This document shows, piece by piece, positions 17,633-27,658 of a stretch of DNA of 64,000 nucleotides. Source of the stretch: an uncultured Candidatus Micrarchaeota archaeon (GTDB lineage Archaea; Micrarchaeota; Micrarchaeia; Norongarragalinales; CAINOH01); assembly GCA_903851445.1 (NCBI GenBank), contig CAINOH010000009.1, forward strand, positions 261,784-325,783, given 5' to 3'. Under the pieces are notes generated by a model. It did no database searches. It had not been told where the DNA came from and saw only the letters and a list, made by a program, of their open reading frames with translations. Position 1 is the stretch's first letter; every line of letters starts with the position of its first letter. The translations under genes were made by a program, and so were the position numbers.

Positions 17633-20092
17633 TTATTCAATCTCAACTTTGAGCCCTTCCGCATTTGGCACAACTATTGCCTCAACCAGGCCGATTTTCC
17701 CGACTGCCTTAAGCTCGGGCTCGTAGTCGGCAAGTTCGCGGATTTCAGCGTCGTTTCCGGACACTTTGACCTTCGCAAGCGGCTCGTTTAAGGCCATCGC
17801 CTTTCCTGCCTTGTACTTGCGCACCTCGGTGAGCACGAAGTGCATTCGTTCAACAGCCTGCTCTGCAGAGTCGTTCTCCATCTCGGAAGCGGGCTTTGGC
17901 CACGCGGTCTGGTGGATGCTCTGCACGCCCTCTTCTGACTCTTCCCTGTCAAAGCCCATCCCAAGGTATATTGCCTCGGAGATGTAGGGCGAGATTGGCG
18001 CGTTGAGCTTGAGGCAGGTCGAGAGGACCTCGTGAAGGGCGTATTGCGCGGCCTTCTTGCTGCGGGCGTCCTCGCCGTAGATGCGGTGCTTGACGTCCTC
18101 TAAATAGTTGTCGCAGAAGTCGTGCCAGAAGAATGACTGCAATGCGCAGATTGCGCCGTAGTAGTCGTACAGGTTCATCGAGTCGGTGCACTTGTGCACG
18201 AGCCGCGCAAGCTTGCTTAAAATCCACTTGTCCGTGACCAGAAGGCCGAGCTCTTCTCCGGGCCTCTTTGAGTCGCCTTCCACAATCTGCGTGAGCGCCT
18301 CGGCGTGGTTGTAGCCTTCCAAGGCCATCTCGACGAACTTTGACGCGTTCCACATCTTGTTCAAGAATGACTGGGCGTAGTTTACGTCCTTCCAGGAGAA
18401 CACTATGTCCTTCCCTGTGATTCCTGAAAGCGCAATCCACTGCCGCAAGGCGTCAACTCCGGTTTTTGCGATGACTTCCTTTGCTTCTACATAATTGCCA
18501 AGGGACTTGGACATCTTCTTTCCGTCCGAGCCGCATACCATGCCGTTGACCAGCACGTCCTTCCAGGGTTTTTCGCCCGTGAGCATCAGCGAGCGGTAAA
18601 TCGTGTAGAACGCCCAGGTGCGGATGATGTCGTTGCCCTGCGGCCGCATCGCAGTCGGGAACAGTTTCTTGAACATCTCCTCGTTGTCGGGCCAGCCGCA
18701 GATGATAAGCGGGGTTATGCTTGAGTCGACCCAGCCGTCGCAGATGCTCTTCTCTCCAATGAGCGCACCGCCGCACTCGCAGGCCGCAACCGGCGGCTTG
18801 TCCTTTGTCGGGTCAACCGGGAGCTTCTTCTCGTCGTAAGTGTATGTCTTGCCGCACTTTTCGCAGTACCAGAAAGGCAGGGGGATGCCGAACACGCGTT
18901 GCCGCGAGATGCACCAGTCCCATTCCAGGCCGTCCACCCAGTCTATCAGGAGCTGCTGGGTGTATGCCGGGGTCCAGGACATCTGGTGAGCCGCCGCGCG
19001 GACCTTGTCCTCGAAGCCCTTGAGCTTTGCGAACCACTGTGTTGAGCGCAAAAACTCAATCGGCTTCTTGCACCGGTCGTGTATCTTGAGCACCTGGTCG
19101 GTTGGCCTCTGCTCAACTAGCACGCCCTCTTCCTTGAGCGCGGTGATTACCTTTTCCTTTGCATCGCGAAGCTGTATTCCGTCGAACTTTCCGCTGTTCT
19201 TTATGAACCCGGCGCCGTCGCAGGCGTCGATTATCTCAAGGTGGTGCCTGTAGGCCCACACCACGTCCTGCTTGTCGCCGAACGTGCAGACCATCACCGC
19301 GCCGCTTCCGAACGTCTTGTCAACGTCCTCGTCAGCTATGATTGGCACCGCCTTGTTGTAAAGCGGGACTATGGCCTTGCTTCCGACGAGCTTTTCATAC
19401 CGCTCGTCGTAGGGGTTCACCATCACCGCGACGCACGCGTGCAGCAGCTCCGGCCGGGTCGTTGCAATCAGGAGCTTGTCCTTGGTGCCCTCGAGCCCGA
19501 AGTGGAGGTAGTTGAGCATTGCTTTGTTGGGCAGGTCCTCCGCCTCCGCTTTCGTGATTGCGCTCCGGCAGTACGGGCACCACAGCACGGGGTGCTCCTG
19601 GCGGTAGACAAGGCCTTCCTTGAACATCCTTACGAGCGAAACCTGGACCTTGCGGTGGTATTCCGGGTCGATGGTGTAATACTCGTGGGCCCAGTCTATC
19701 GAGTAGCCCATCTGCTTCATCTGCACCTTCATGGATGCGATGTTGCTCTGGGTGTATTCAAGGCACTTTTGCCGGAAATCTTCCCGAGGAAGGCCTTTTC
19801 CGAACTTCTTTTCGACCTTGGTCTCGGTCGGGAACCCGTGGCAGTCCCAGCCCTGCGGGAACAGCACCTCGTAGCCCTGCATCCTCTTGTAGCGCGCGGC
19901 GAAGTCTATGTAGCCCCAGTTGAGCGTGCTTCCGGTGTGGAACTCGCCGGTGGGGAATGGCGGGGGCGTGTCTATGACATAAAACGGTTTCTTGGTGTTG
20001 TTCACGTTGAACTTGTGTATTCCCAGCTCGTCCCAGCGCTGCTGGAACTTGGCCTCCATCTCGTGCCCGTTGAACTTCTTCTCAAGTGCCAT
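17633..20092 (-). CDS. valS: Valyl-tRNA synthetase (archaeal type)
   Basis: DTPPPFPTGEFHTG (HIGH variant), WCISRQR, DIIRTWAF, KMSKS. An alternative ATG lies at 20137. Confidence 0.97.
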   Translation of the reverse strand: MALEKKFNGHEMEAKFQQRWDELGIHKFNVNNTKKPFYVIDTPPPFPTGEFHTGSTLNWGYIDFAARYKRMQGYEVLFPQGWDCHGFPTETKVEKKFGKGLPREDFRQKCLEYTQSNIASMKVQMKQMGYSIDWAHEYYTIDPEYHRKVQVSLVRMFKEGLVYRQEHPVLWCPYCRSAITKAEAEDLPNKAMLNYLHFGLEGTKDKLLIATTRPELLHACVAVMVNPYDERYEKLVGSKAIVPLYNKAVPIIADEDVDKTFGSGAVMVCTFGDKQDVVWAYRHHLEIIDACDGAGFIKNSGKFDGIQLRDAKEKVITALKEEGVLVEQRPTDQVLKIHDRCKKPIEFLRSTQWFAKLKGFEDKVRAAAHQMSWTPAYTQQLLIDWVDGLEWDWCISRQRVFGIPLPFWYCEKCGKTYTYDEKKLPVDPTKDKPPVAACECGGALIGEKSICDGWVDSSITPLIICGWPDNEEMFKKLFPTAMRPQGNDIIRTWAFYTIYRSLMLTGEKPWKDVLVNGMVCGSDGKKMSKSLGNYVEAKEVIAKTGVDALRQWIALSGITGKDIVFSWKDVNYAQSFLNKMWNASKFVEMALEGYNHAEALTQIVEGDSKRPGEELGLLVTDKWILSKLARLVHKCTDSMNLYDYYGAICALQSFFWHDFCDNYLEDVKHRIYGEDARSKKAAQYALHEVLSTCLKLNAPISPYISEAIYLGMGFDREESEEGVQSIHQTAWPKPASEMENDSAEQAVERMHFVLTEVRKYKAGKAMALNEPLAKVKVSGNDAEIRELADYEPELKAVGKIGLVEAIVVPNAEGLKVEIE

Positions 20093-20301
20093 TTGATTGA
20101 ATACAACTCCGTTGACAGACTTGCGGCGTGAATACATCCGTTAGTCTTTTTCGGCTGATGGTTCTTAAAACGCAGGGCGCTTGTAAACGCGCCGTCGTCC
20201 GCGGCAAGCCGTTGTGCCACGTTGGTTCCTTGCAATTATTCCGGAGGCTGAGGAATAAAAAATGAGCGTTTAACTGACAGAGTAGCGAACGTTTCAGACA
20301 A

Positions 20302-21099
20302 CTAGGCAGTTATTCTCGTTCCGACTACTTTCCTTCCAATCATCGCATCCCGCAGCCTGCCGGGAACGAGGCCATTGATTATGATGACTTCGGTCTTGGT
20401 CTTCTTTGCAAGCGAAAGCATGCAGTCTACTTTTGAGCGCATCCCGCCGGTGACGTCGGTGGATGTTGAACCCCGAAGGCACTTGCGGATTTCAGCGTAG
20501 TTCTTGGGGCTGATTTCCTCAACGAGGTCGGTGTTGTTGGGGTAGTCGCGCCACACCCCGTCCTCCTTCGTGGCAATCACGATGCGCTTGGCCTTGAACT
20601 TCTTCGAAATCGCTTCAAGGACAGTCTCCGTTGAGACTATCGCGCAGCCCTGCTTCTCGTCAAAGGTAACGTCGCCATATGGAACGGGGGTGATGCCTTT
20701 TGCGAGCGCAATCTTCATAGGCTCAAGGAAGACTTTCCACGGCCTGCCCCTTTCCGTGACCATGAAAGAGGACGGCGAGAAGGAGACTGCATTCACGTCG
20801 GCATCAATCAGCGCGCGTACCACAATCCTGTTGAGCCGCGACGCCGCGTGCTGGACTTCGGAAACGCCGATTGCGCTTTCGGCATTGTGGAAACCGTTTG
20901 CAGTGCCGTACTTGTGGGCCGGCCTGTGTGGGAAGCTCCCGCCGCCGTGGCCAATGACTGCCCTGAGGTTTCCCTCCTGTTTTGCGGACTGCACCTCGCG
21001 TGCCAGGCGCCGAATTTCCTCCTGCCGGGGAAGCTCCTGAGCGGTCTTGTCAGTAATCAGGCTGCCGCCAAGCTTTACGAACACAAGTTCCGAGGCCAT
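20302..21099 (-). CDS. ipk: Isopentenyl phosphate kinase
   Basis: VKLGGSLITDK, HGGGSFPH, PVPYGDV, DVTGGMRSK; sits in the mevalonate cluster. Confidence 0.93.
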   Translation of the reverse strand: MASELVFVKLGGSLITDKTAQELPRQEEIRRLAREVQSAKQEGNLRAVIGHGGGSFPHRPAHKYGTANGFHNAESAIGVSEVQHAASRLNRIVVRALIDADVNAVSFSPSSFMVTERGRPWKVFLEPMKIALAKGITPVPYGDVTFDEKQGCAIVSTETVLEAISKKFKAKRIVIATKEDGVWRDYPNNTDLVEEISPKNYAEIRKCLRGSTSTDVTGGMRSKVDCMLSLAKKTKTEVIIINGLVPGRLRDAMIGRKVVGTRITA

Positions 21100-21122
21100 A
21101 AGAGTATCAACAGGGTGTTACG

Positions 21123-21521
21123 CTATCCTATTTCGACTATTCCTTTGTCTGCATCAACTTTGACTTTCATCCCGGTCTTTATGTTCTCAACCGGATTCTT
21201 ATCCAACCGGTCGACCATCGGGATTTCCGAGATGATTGCGCCGACTGCAATGATTATTTCGGATTCCAAGTTTATTACCGCAGCGGGAGCGACCCCGTTC
21301 TTCTTAAGCTGGTAAAGAACGTAGGTGCCTACTGTGGAACCCTTTCCCCTGGGAATCACTAGCACTTTTCCTGCAATGCTCTTTCCAAACAGCGGGTTTT
21401 GCCTGTCAATGACCTTGCCGGTCTTCGGGTCAACCCCGCCAAGGAAGGAAATTGCCTCGGTTCCGACTAGCGCTTCGCCGGATGCCTTTCCCTTTGAAAT
21501 AGTTCTTCCGTGGAAAATCAT
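21123..21521 (-). CDS. Phosphomevalonate dehydratase small subunit (DUF126, AcnX swivelling domain)
   Basis: ISFLGGVDPKTG, GKVLVIPRGKGSTVGTYVLY, AVGAIISEIP. Confidence 0.92.
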   Translation of the reverse strand: MIFHGRTISKGKASGEALVGTEAISFLGGVDPKTGKVIDRQNPLFGKSIAGKVLVIPRGKGSTVGTYVLYQLKKNGVAPAAVINLESEIIIAVGAIISEIPMVDRLDKNPVENIKTGMKVKVDADKGIVEIG

Positions 21522-21544
21522 GTTTTGAAATCACTGACTCAAAT

Positions 21545-22741
21545 CTAATTCAACAATTCCTCGATGTCCGCAAACTTCACTCGCTGGCCGCAGAGTGATG
21601 GAAGGTATGTTGCCGCCTTTCCCGAATTCACCGCGGTGGATTTGAAACCCATCTCCTCAAGCGGCGCAACCACCATGCAGGTGTCGGCAACCACGAGGCC
21701 GCCGGCTTTTTCGATTATTTTGGAAAGACCGAGCTTGTCCGCCTCGTCTTTTGTCTTTCTTGAAGTGCAAACCCACAATTTCATTGCAAGCGATTTTCCA
21801 GCCGGCCGCGATTCCAGCTTCTTTGCAATCTCCCTGATTTCGCCAATCGAGCAGTGCGGGCAGCCGATTGCAACCAGGCCCACAGCGCCCTTTTCGGTTT
21901 GCATCACTGCCTTCTGCTCGTCGACTATGTCCTGTGAAACTTCAATCGTTTCAATCGGGGTGCCCTTCTCGACGTTCCACTCCGGAGTGATGTCCTTTGC
22001 AAAATACAATGCAACCGAGCCGGTTGCGGCCATTGCCGCTCCAAGGGACTTCATCCGCTCCTCGGTTGCTTTCGTCCTAGGAATTCCGATGAACGCGGGG
22101 TTGCGATCCCTTGCAATTTTTCCAACAATCGCGCCAAGCGCTCCAAAGTCGGTCATTTTTTCCATCCTTGCCGTGACAGCGACTATGAATCCCGCCTTGC
22201 GGTTCTCTTCCAGGTGCAGGCCGAAGTTGGGCGTCTTGCCTATGATTGCCGATGCAAGCGCGGAAACTGCGCTCTCGCGGTTCGTCCTGGCCCCAAGCAT
22301 CGAGTTTGCAAAGGAGATTGCATTGGATTCGCTCCAGGCAACGTGCTCGCCAAGAGCGGGCCGTATTCCAATGTGGTAGGGCGCACAGGTGCAGGTGGGC
22401 GAGATGCCGATTTTTGTGTAAGAGGACATGATTTGGAGTTGTTTTTCTGCGAATTTTTTCGGGACGCCCATCCTCTTCCAGTCCTTCAGGTCCATTCCCG
22501 CAGGGTTGAGGTACGCTGGGATGGTTGCCTTCGCGCCCTTGGATGCAAAGTCTTCAAGAAATTCGAGGCCGGCATCGCCTATTGTCTTGTAGCTTACTCC
22601 GGCAACCTGCGCGCTGGTAACCGGAATGAGCTTATCCGCGCCGTAAATATTTCCAACAGCCTGCAATATGGCCATTGCCTTTGCAGCTGCCTCGCCTTCC
22701 TCGCCGTCGAGGGTTTCCTGCTCCTGCCTGGAAAGGTCCAT
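21545..22741 (-). CDS. Phosphomevalonate dehydratase large subunit (DUF521, AcnX)
   Basis: AQVAGVSYKTIG, PTCTCAPY, WSESNA..FANS.LGARTNRE, IGCPHCS, DTCMVV, NSGKAA.Y. Confidence 0.93.
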   Translation of the reverse strand: MDLSRQEQETLDGEEGEAAAKAMAILQAVGNIYGADKLIPVTSAQVAGVSYKTIGDAGLEFLEDFASKGAKATIPAYLNPAGMDLKDWKRMGVPKKFAEKQLQIMSSYTKIGISPTCTCAPYHIGIRPALGEHVAWSESNAISFANSMLGARTNRESAVSALASAIIGKTPNFGLHLEENRKAGFIVAVTARMEKMTDFGALGAIVGKIARDRNPAFIGIPRTKATEERMKSLGAAMAATGSVALYFAKDITPEWNVEKGTPIETIEVSQDIVDEQKAVMQTEKGAVGLVAIGCPHCSIGEIREIAKKLESRPAGKSLAMKLWVCTSRKTKDEADKLGLSKIIEKAGGLVVADTCMVVAPLEEMGFKSTAVNSGKAATYLPSLCGQRVKFADIEELLN

Positions 22742-22766
22742 AGTGTAGTGCCTAACTTACCTGAAT

Positions 22767-24104
22767 TTACTTGAACTTGCCGATGTCGATTTTCCTGTAA
22801 TCATGCCTCTTGAACTTCGAAGCCGGGTGCTTCGGGTCCGAAAGCGGTATTGTGGCGTCCAGGCCCATCTTCGCAACGCGCGCCTTTTGTCCTGGCGGCT
22901 TGTCCGCAATCGGGTCAAGCGAGGATGAGGGCTGGTCCTTGAAAACATAGAGCCGCGAGTCAGCCCGGAAGCGCGTCGCAATCGCCCACTCCACCTGTTG
23001 CGGATTGCAAATGTCAATGTCATCGTCAACGATTACGCAGTGCTTGAGCGAGCCGTGGCCCCGAAACGCCGCATCAATTGCCTTTTTGGGCTCGTCGTCG
23101 CTCTTCTTCTTGATTTGCACGACTCCGTGGAACCACGAGCACCCGCCGAGAGTGAGCGCGACGTCCTTGCACTCGCAGACCTTGCTCACTTCGCGGTAAA
23201 TAGTAGGCTCGCGGGGCATTCCCATCAGCAGCTTGTGCTCGGTCATTCCCGGCAAAAGCGTCTGGTAAACCGGGTTCTTTCGGCGGGTGATGCAGTCAAT
23301 CTCGACGATTGGCTGCTTGCGGATTATGTCATTGGTCTCGGTAAGGTCGACAAACGGGCCCTCGTCAGCATCCTTCAGTGTGATGCGGCCTTCGAGGATG
23401 ATTTCACTTTCAGCCGGCACTAGCAAGTCATTTGTCTTGCATTTTACCATCGGCGTGTCGTCAAGCGTGTTGGCAATGGCCATCTCGTCAACGCCGGTTG
23501 GCGCGGAGATTGCCGCTGCGAGCATCACTGCAGTTGAGTTTCCAATGCAGAACGCGACTTCAAGTTCCTTGCCCTTTGCGAGCGCCTTCTGGTACGCGGC
23601 GTGCGTGTGCCTTCCTTCCACAAGCCGGGCGGTGAATGTGTTCTTGCCAATCTGCATCAGCCGGTGGAAGCAGGCGTTTGGGCCGCTGTCCGGGTCGCGG
23701 ATGATTGCGACTGCGGAGGTCACGTAGCGGCCGCCGTCAGAGGGAAAATAACGGAGGAGTGGAAGCGAATCAAGGTCGACTTTCTCTTCGACCACTTCCT
23801 GGCAGGGCGCAACCGCGCCTTTTTGGGCAAGCAACTTGGGCTTCTTCGGGTTGTCAATTGCCTTTGAAAGCGTTGGAAGGATTTTTTGAACCGGAATCCC
23901 AAGCGCCTCTGCTACAAGCTCGCGCGATGAGACCAGTCCGGCTGCAACGCGATACCGCTTTGAGGAAACATTCTCAAAAATCACCGGTTGCTCCCCAAGG
24001 CCGTTGATTACTGCGGCCGCTTCCAGGTCCTGCGAAACGGGCTTTGGGATTTTTTGGAGCTTGCCTTCCTTTTCCAGCTTTGCGATGAATGTGCGGAGGT
24101 TCAT
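22767..24104 (-). CDS. ubiD: UbiD-family decarboxylase (anhydromevalonate phosphate decarboxylase)
   Basis: DGGRYVTS, FHRLM, EIILEG, EGPFVD, EHKLLMG, VDDDID, VEWAIATRF, KMGLDAT; adjacent to the AcnX genes. Confidence 0.9.
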   Translation of the reverse strand: MNLRTFIAKLEKEGKLQKIPKPVSQDLEAAAVINGLGEQPVIFENVSSKRYRVAAGLVSSRELVAEALGIPVQKILPTLSKAIDNPKKPKLLAQKGAVAPCQEVVEEKVDLDSLPLLRYFPSDGGRYVTSAVAIIRDPDSGPNACFHRLMQIGKNTFTARLVEGRHTHAAYQKALAKGKELEVAFCIGNSTAVMLAAAISAPTGVDEMAIANTLDDTPMVKCKTNDLLVPAESEIILEGRITLKDADEGPFVDLTETNDIIRKQPIVEIDCITRRKNPVYQTLLPGMTEHKLLMGMPREPTIYREVSKVCECKDVALTLGGCSWFHGVVQIKKKSDDEPKKAIDAAFRGHGSLKHCVIVDDDIDICNPQQVEWAIATRFRADSRLYVFKDQPSSSLDPIADKPPGQKARVAKMGLDATIPLSDPKHPASKFKRHDYRKIDIGKFK

Positions 24105-24166
24105 TTTGATTTCCACCTCTTGTAAAGCGTGTTCTTTGCTTGCCTGATAAAAGAAGGAAAGGAAAT

Positions 24167-24634
24167 TCAGCCTTTTGAGACTGTCGGCTTCGGCGTCTTG
24201 GCGGGCTTGTCTGTCTTTGCGGATGATGCCGCGTCCTCAATCAGAGCGAACTTGTAGCCGTAAGAGATTGCGCTCTCCTCATCGTCGTCGCCGACCCTGC
24301 GGAAGCGCATCTGCACTCGCGAGCCTATCCTGATTTTTTCCATCGGAGCGTCGATGATTTGCGCAAGTATCTTTACTTTGTTGTCAAGCTCGATGATTGC
24401 AAGCGGGTAGGGCACCTCGAACTCAAAGCCGGATGGAGGTGCGGAGACTTCGGTGAACGAATATACCGTGCCTGTTGTAGGCATGCGCTTTTCAGACACC
24501 TTGCCAAGGCGCCTGCAGTTCGGGCAAATCTGGCGGAACGGGAAGAAGTCGTTCTTGCAGGTCGCGCAGTGAGAGCCCATCAGGTAGTACTTTTCCGGAA
24601 TCATTCTCCAGATGAGCGGTAGCGGGTGTTTCAT
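24167..24634 (-). CDS. DUF35 Zn-ribbon/OB-fold scaffold of the thiolase-HMGS complex
   Basis: C..C...FFPFR..CP.C, GTVYSFT, PYPLAIIELD, YGYKF. Confidence 0.92.
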   Translation of the reverse strand: MKHPLPLIWRMIPEKYYLMGSHCATCKNDFFPFRQICPNCRRLGKVSEKRMPTTGTVYSFTEVSAPPSGFEFEVPYPLAIIELDNKVKILAQIIDAPMEKIRIGSRVQMRFRRVGDDDEESAISYGYKFALIEDAASSAKTDKPAKTPKPTVSKG

Positions 24635-24701
24635 TTTCAGTTCACCATAGACAAAATTTCAAATGTTTTGTGTACTTTTCTGCCTTTTGGCATTTCGCCA
24701 T

Positions 24702-25862
24702 TCAGAGCCTCTTGTAAATGTTCACCACTGCGGTTGCGCCGCTTCCGCCAACGTTGTGGGTCATCCCTATTTCGGCGTCCTTTACCTGGCGCTTGTCCGC
24801 CTTGCCCTGGAGTTGCCACATTATCTCAACAGCCTGCTTGATGCCAGTTGCGCCAACAGGGTGGCCTGTTGCCTTCAGTCCGCCGCTGGTGTTGATTGAG
24901 ATTTCGGAGTTGAGCGCAGTGAGGCCTTCAAGCGACGCCGGGCCTCCCTTGCCCTTATCGAAGAACCCGAGGTCCTCGATTGCCATTATTTCCGCTATTG
25001 AGAAGCAGTCGTGCACTTCGGCAACGTCAATGTCCGAGGGCTTCAGGTTTGCACGCCTGTACGCGTCCGCTGCCGCGACCTTGGTCGCGTGCAGCTCGGT
25101 CATGCAGTGCCTGTTTGAAAGCGAGATGGTGTCCGATGCCTGCGAGCTTGCGATTATCTCAACGGGGTCCTTTCGGAACTTCTTTGCCTTCTCGGAAGCG
25201 CAGAGTATGACCGCTGCTGCGCCGTCGGTTATTGGCGAGCAGTCAAGCAGCTTGAGAGGAGAGGCGATGTAACCGGAGTTCATCACGTCCTCAATAGTAA
25301 TCTCATTGTGGTATTGTGCGTAAGGATTGTGAACCGCGTTCTTGTGGTTCTTCACTGAGCACGATGCCATCATCTCCTCGGTTGTGCCGTATTCGAGCAT
25401 GTGCCGCCGTGCCATGAGCGCGTAGAGTGCCGGGAAAGTCGCTCCGAAGAAGAGCTCGTGCTCCATGTCGCCTGCTCCGCCAAGGGCGATTGCAACATCA
25501 GCGGAGTCGAAGTCGGTCATCTTCTCAACCCCGCCTACGGCGACCACGTCATACATTCCGCTTGCAACAGCAAGGTAACCTGCGCGCAGGGCGACTCCGC
25601 CTGATGCGCACGCTGCCTCGCAGCGCGTTGCCGGAATCGGGTTGAGCCCGAGGAAGTCTGCAAATAGTGCGCCAACGTGCTCCTGGCCCACCAGCCTGCC
25701 GGATGACATGCACCCGCCGTAAATCGCCTGGATTTCGCGGCCCTCTATTCCTGCGTCTATGACCGCGGCTGTACCTGCCTCCACCACTAGGTCGCGGAAG
25801 CTCTTGTCCCAGCGCTCGCCGAACTTGGAAAGCCCGCCGCCAATGATTGAAACGGATCTCAC
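24702..25862 (-). CDS. Acetoacetyl-CoA thiolase (archaeal)
   Basis: EAACASGG, GVEKM, DCSPITDGAAA, EVHDCF, NTSGGLKATGHPVGATG, HNVGG. GTG start after a GGTGAT SD. Confidence 0.95.
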   Translation of the reverse strand: MRSVSIIGGGLSKFGERWDKSFRDLVVEAGTAAVIDAGIEGREIQAIYGGCMSSGRLVGQEHVGALFADFLGLNPIPATRCEAACASGGVALRAGYLAVASGMYDVVAVGGVEKMTDFDSADVAIALGGAGDMEHELFFGATFPALYALMARRHMLEYGTTEEMMASCSVKNHKNAVHNPYAQYHNEITIEDVMNSGYIASPLKLLDCSPITDGAAAVILCASEKAKKFRKDPVEIIASSQASDTISLSNRHCMTELHATKVAAADAYRRANLKPSDIDVAEVHDCFSIAEIMAIEDLGFFDKGKGGPASLEGLTALNSEISINTSGGLKATGHPVGATGIKQAVEIMWQLQGKADKRQVKDAEIGMTHNVGGSGATAVVNIYKRL

Positions 25863-25876
25863 ATGAATCACCGAAA

Positions 25877-26938
25877 TTACATGCTCTTAATTTTTCGCCT
25901 GTGCTTGGCGTAAGTCGCGTAGTCCACGTACGTCTTGTTGTTGATAAGCTCGAAGAAGTGTCTTGCCTTGGCCGGACGCTTCTGGTCAATCAGGTCGTTG
26001 ACCGTGATTATGAACCCGTCCGAGCCTGCTCCGCTTCCGTAGGAGGTCACGAGGATGCGCTGGCCGGGCTTTGCAATATCCAATATCGCAGAGAGGCCAA
26101 TCATTGCAGCTGCGCTGTACGTGTTTCCGATGAAGGGCGTCACGAGCGCGGGCTTGACCTGCGCCTCTGTAAACCCGAGCAGTTTTGCAACGCGAACCGG
26201 GAACTTGCCGTTGGGCTGGTGGGGCACGAAATAATCAAAATCTTCGGGTTTTGTGCCGGTGCGCTTCATTATTTCGCGTGCGCATTCTGCTACGTGCTTG
26301 AAGTATGCCGGCTCGGCTGTGAAGCGTCCTGCGTGCATCGGGAATTCCGCGTGCGACCTGCGCCAGAAATCAGGAGTGTCTGTAGTGTAGGAGTACGTCT
26401 TCTCGATTGTCGCAATCTGCTCTTCCTTCTTGGCGCTGATTACGTATGCCGCTGCTCCAGCGCCTGCGGTCATCTCAAGGGCGTCGTTGGGCCTTCCCTG
26501 CGCCGCGTCCGAGCCTATGGCAAGGCCAAGGTCAATCATCTGGGCAATGCACAAGCCCATGCAGGCCTGTATGCCTGCTGTCCCTGCCTTGCAGGCGAAC
26601 TCAAAGTCAGCAGCAGTAAGGTGGGGCGTCGAGCCGAGGGCCTCCGCGACTATTGATGCCGTTGGCTTTACTGCGTAGGGCTTGCTTTCGCTTCCGACGT
26701 AAACCGCCTCAACCCGCGCCGGGTCGAGTTTGCAGTGCTCGAAGGCCCTGCGGCCAGCCTCGACTGCGAAAGTGGCCGAGTCCTCGTCAATCGCGCCGAG
26801 TGCCTTCTCATAGACGCCCAGGCCGCGTGCGGCCTTGTCACCGTCCTTTCCCCAGACCTTGGCGATTTCGGGAATCTTTATCCTCATGTAGGGCACGTAT
26901 ACGCCGTACCCAGCTATTCCTGCGTGTACCATAAGCAT
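25877..26938 (-). CDS. HMG-CoA synthase (archaeal)
   Basis: [61 protein letters not shown]. Confidence 0.96.
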   Translation of the reverse strand: MLMVHAGIAGYGVYVPYMRIKIPEIAKVWGKDGDKAARGLGVYEKALGAIDEDSATFAVEAGRRAFEHCKLDPARVEAVYVGSESKPYAVKPTASIVAEALGSTPHLTAADFEFACKAGTAGIQACMGLCIAQMIDLGLAIGSDAAQGRPNDALEMTAGAGAAAYVISAKKEEQIATIEKTYSYTTDTPDFWRRSHAEFPMHAGRFTAEPAYFKHVAECAREIMKRTGTKPEDFDYFVPHQPNGKFPVRVAKLLGFTEAQVKPALVTPFIGNTYSAAAMIGLSAILDIAKPGQRILVTSYGSGAGSDGFIITVNDLIDQKRPAKARHFFELINNKTYVDYATYAKHRRKIKSM

Positions 26939-27091
26939 CTACCGATAAATGTCAACCCCGTCTATTGACTTAAGTAGGCCTGTTTGAAATAGTATTCGGC
27001 TGCCTGCCATTAAAAAAGCCGCCCCAGTTCGACAGGAAGCGAAGATGCAAATCAATTAGAAACCCCGGCTTTCCAATAACCTTTGGTAAAT

Positions 27092-27625
27092 ATGACCCGC
27101 GCGCTCTTCATCGGACGGTTCCAGCCAATACACGAGGGCCACCTTTCCGCGCTCAGGGAAATCCTCTCAAAGTACGACGAGGTTGCCATAATCGTAGGCT
27201 CTTCTCAGGAAAACCTGACCGGACGCAACCCGCTGACAACCGGCGAGCGAATCGAGATGATTTATGCCGTCCTTCGAGCGAACGGCTTTGCAGACCGCGC
27301 GTACGTAATCCCAGTGCCTGACACTCCCGAATCCGGTTTGTGGCCAGCACGCGTGCTTTCCTACGCACCCAAGGTGGATGCGGTCTTTACTGCGAACGAT
27401 TACACCGAGAGCCTGTTCAAGATTTACAACGCGAGCGTGCATGACGGAATCAAAATCATCAACCAGACCGTCGTTGGGAAGATTTCCGCAACTGCGATAC
27501 GCGAAAAGATAATCAAGGCAGATTCCTCCTGGGAAAAGATGGTTCCGGAGGAGGCTGTTGCATTCCTGAAAAATAATAAGTTGGATGCTAGAATAAAGAT
27601 TCTTGCAGACTCCACCATCGGGTAA
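27092..27625 (+). CDS. nadM: Nicotinamide-nucleotide adenylyltransferase
   Basis: FIGRFQPIHEGH, GSSQ...RNPLTTGERIEMI, ISATAIR. Confidence 0.85.
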   Translation: MTRALFIGRFQPIHEGHLSALREILSKYDEVAIIVGSSQENLTGRNPLTTGERIEMIYAVLRANGFADRAYVIPVPDTPESGLWPARVLSYAPKVDAVFTANDYTESLFKIYNASVHDGIKIINQTVVGKISATAIREKIIKADSSWEKMVPEEAVAFLKNNKLDARIKILADSTIG

Positions 27626-27658
27626 TTTTTCGTCTTTACAATCACGGGTGTTTTTACT

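Noticed and set aside
19241-20131. Long antisense ORFs (also 36219-37250, 49761-50912, 56522-57484, 59240-60187)
   Set aside because: They are shadow frames of well-supported genes, expected from biased codon use in GC-rich DNA, and carry no motifs.
20140-20300. Small hairpins between ipk and valS as a riboswitch or ncRNA
   Set aside because: Only short stems such as GGCGC/GCGCC; the region is explained by a terminator and the valS promoter.
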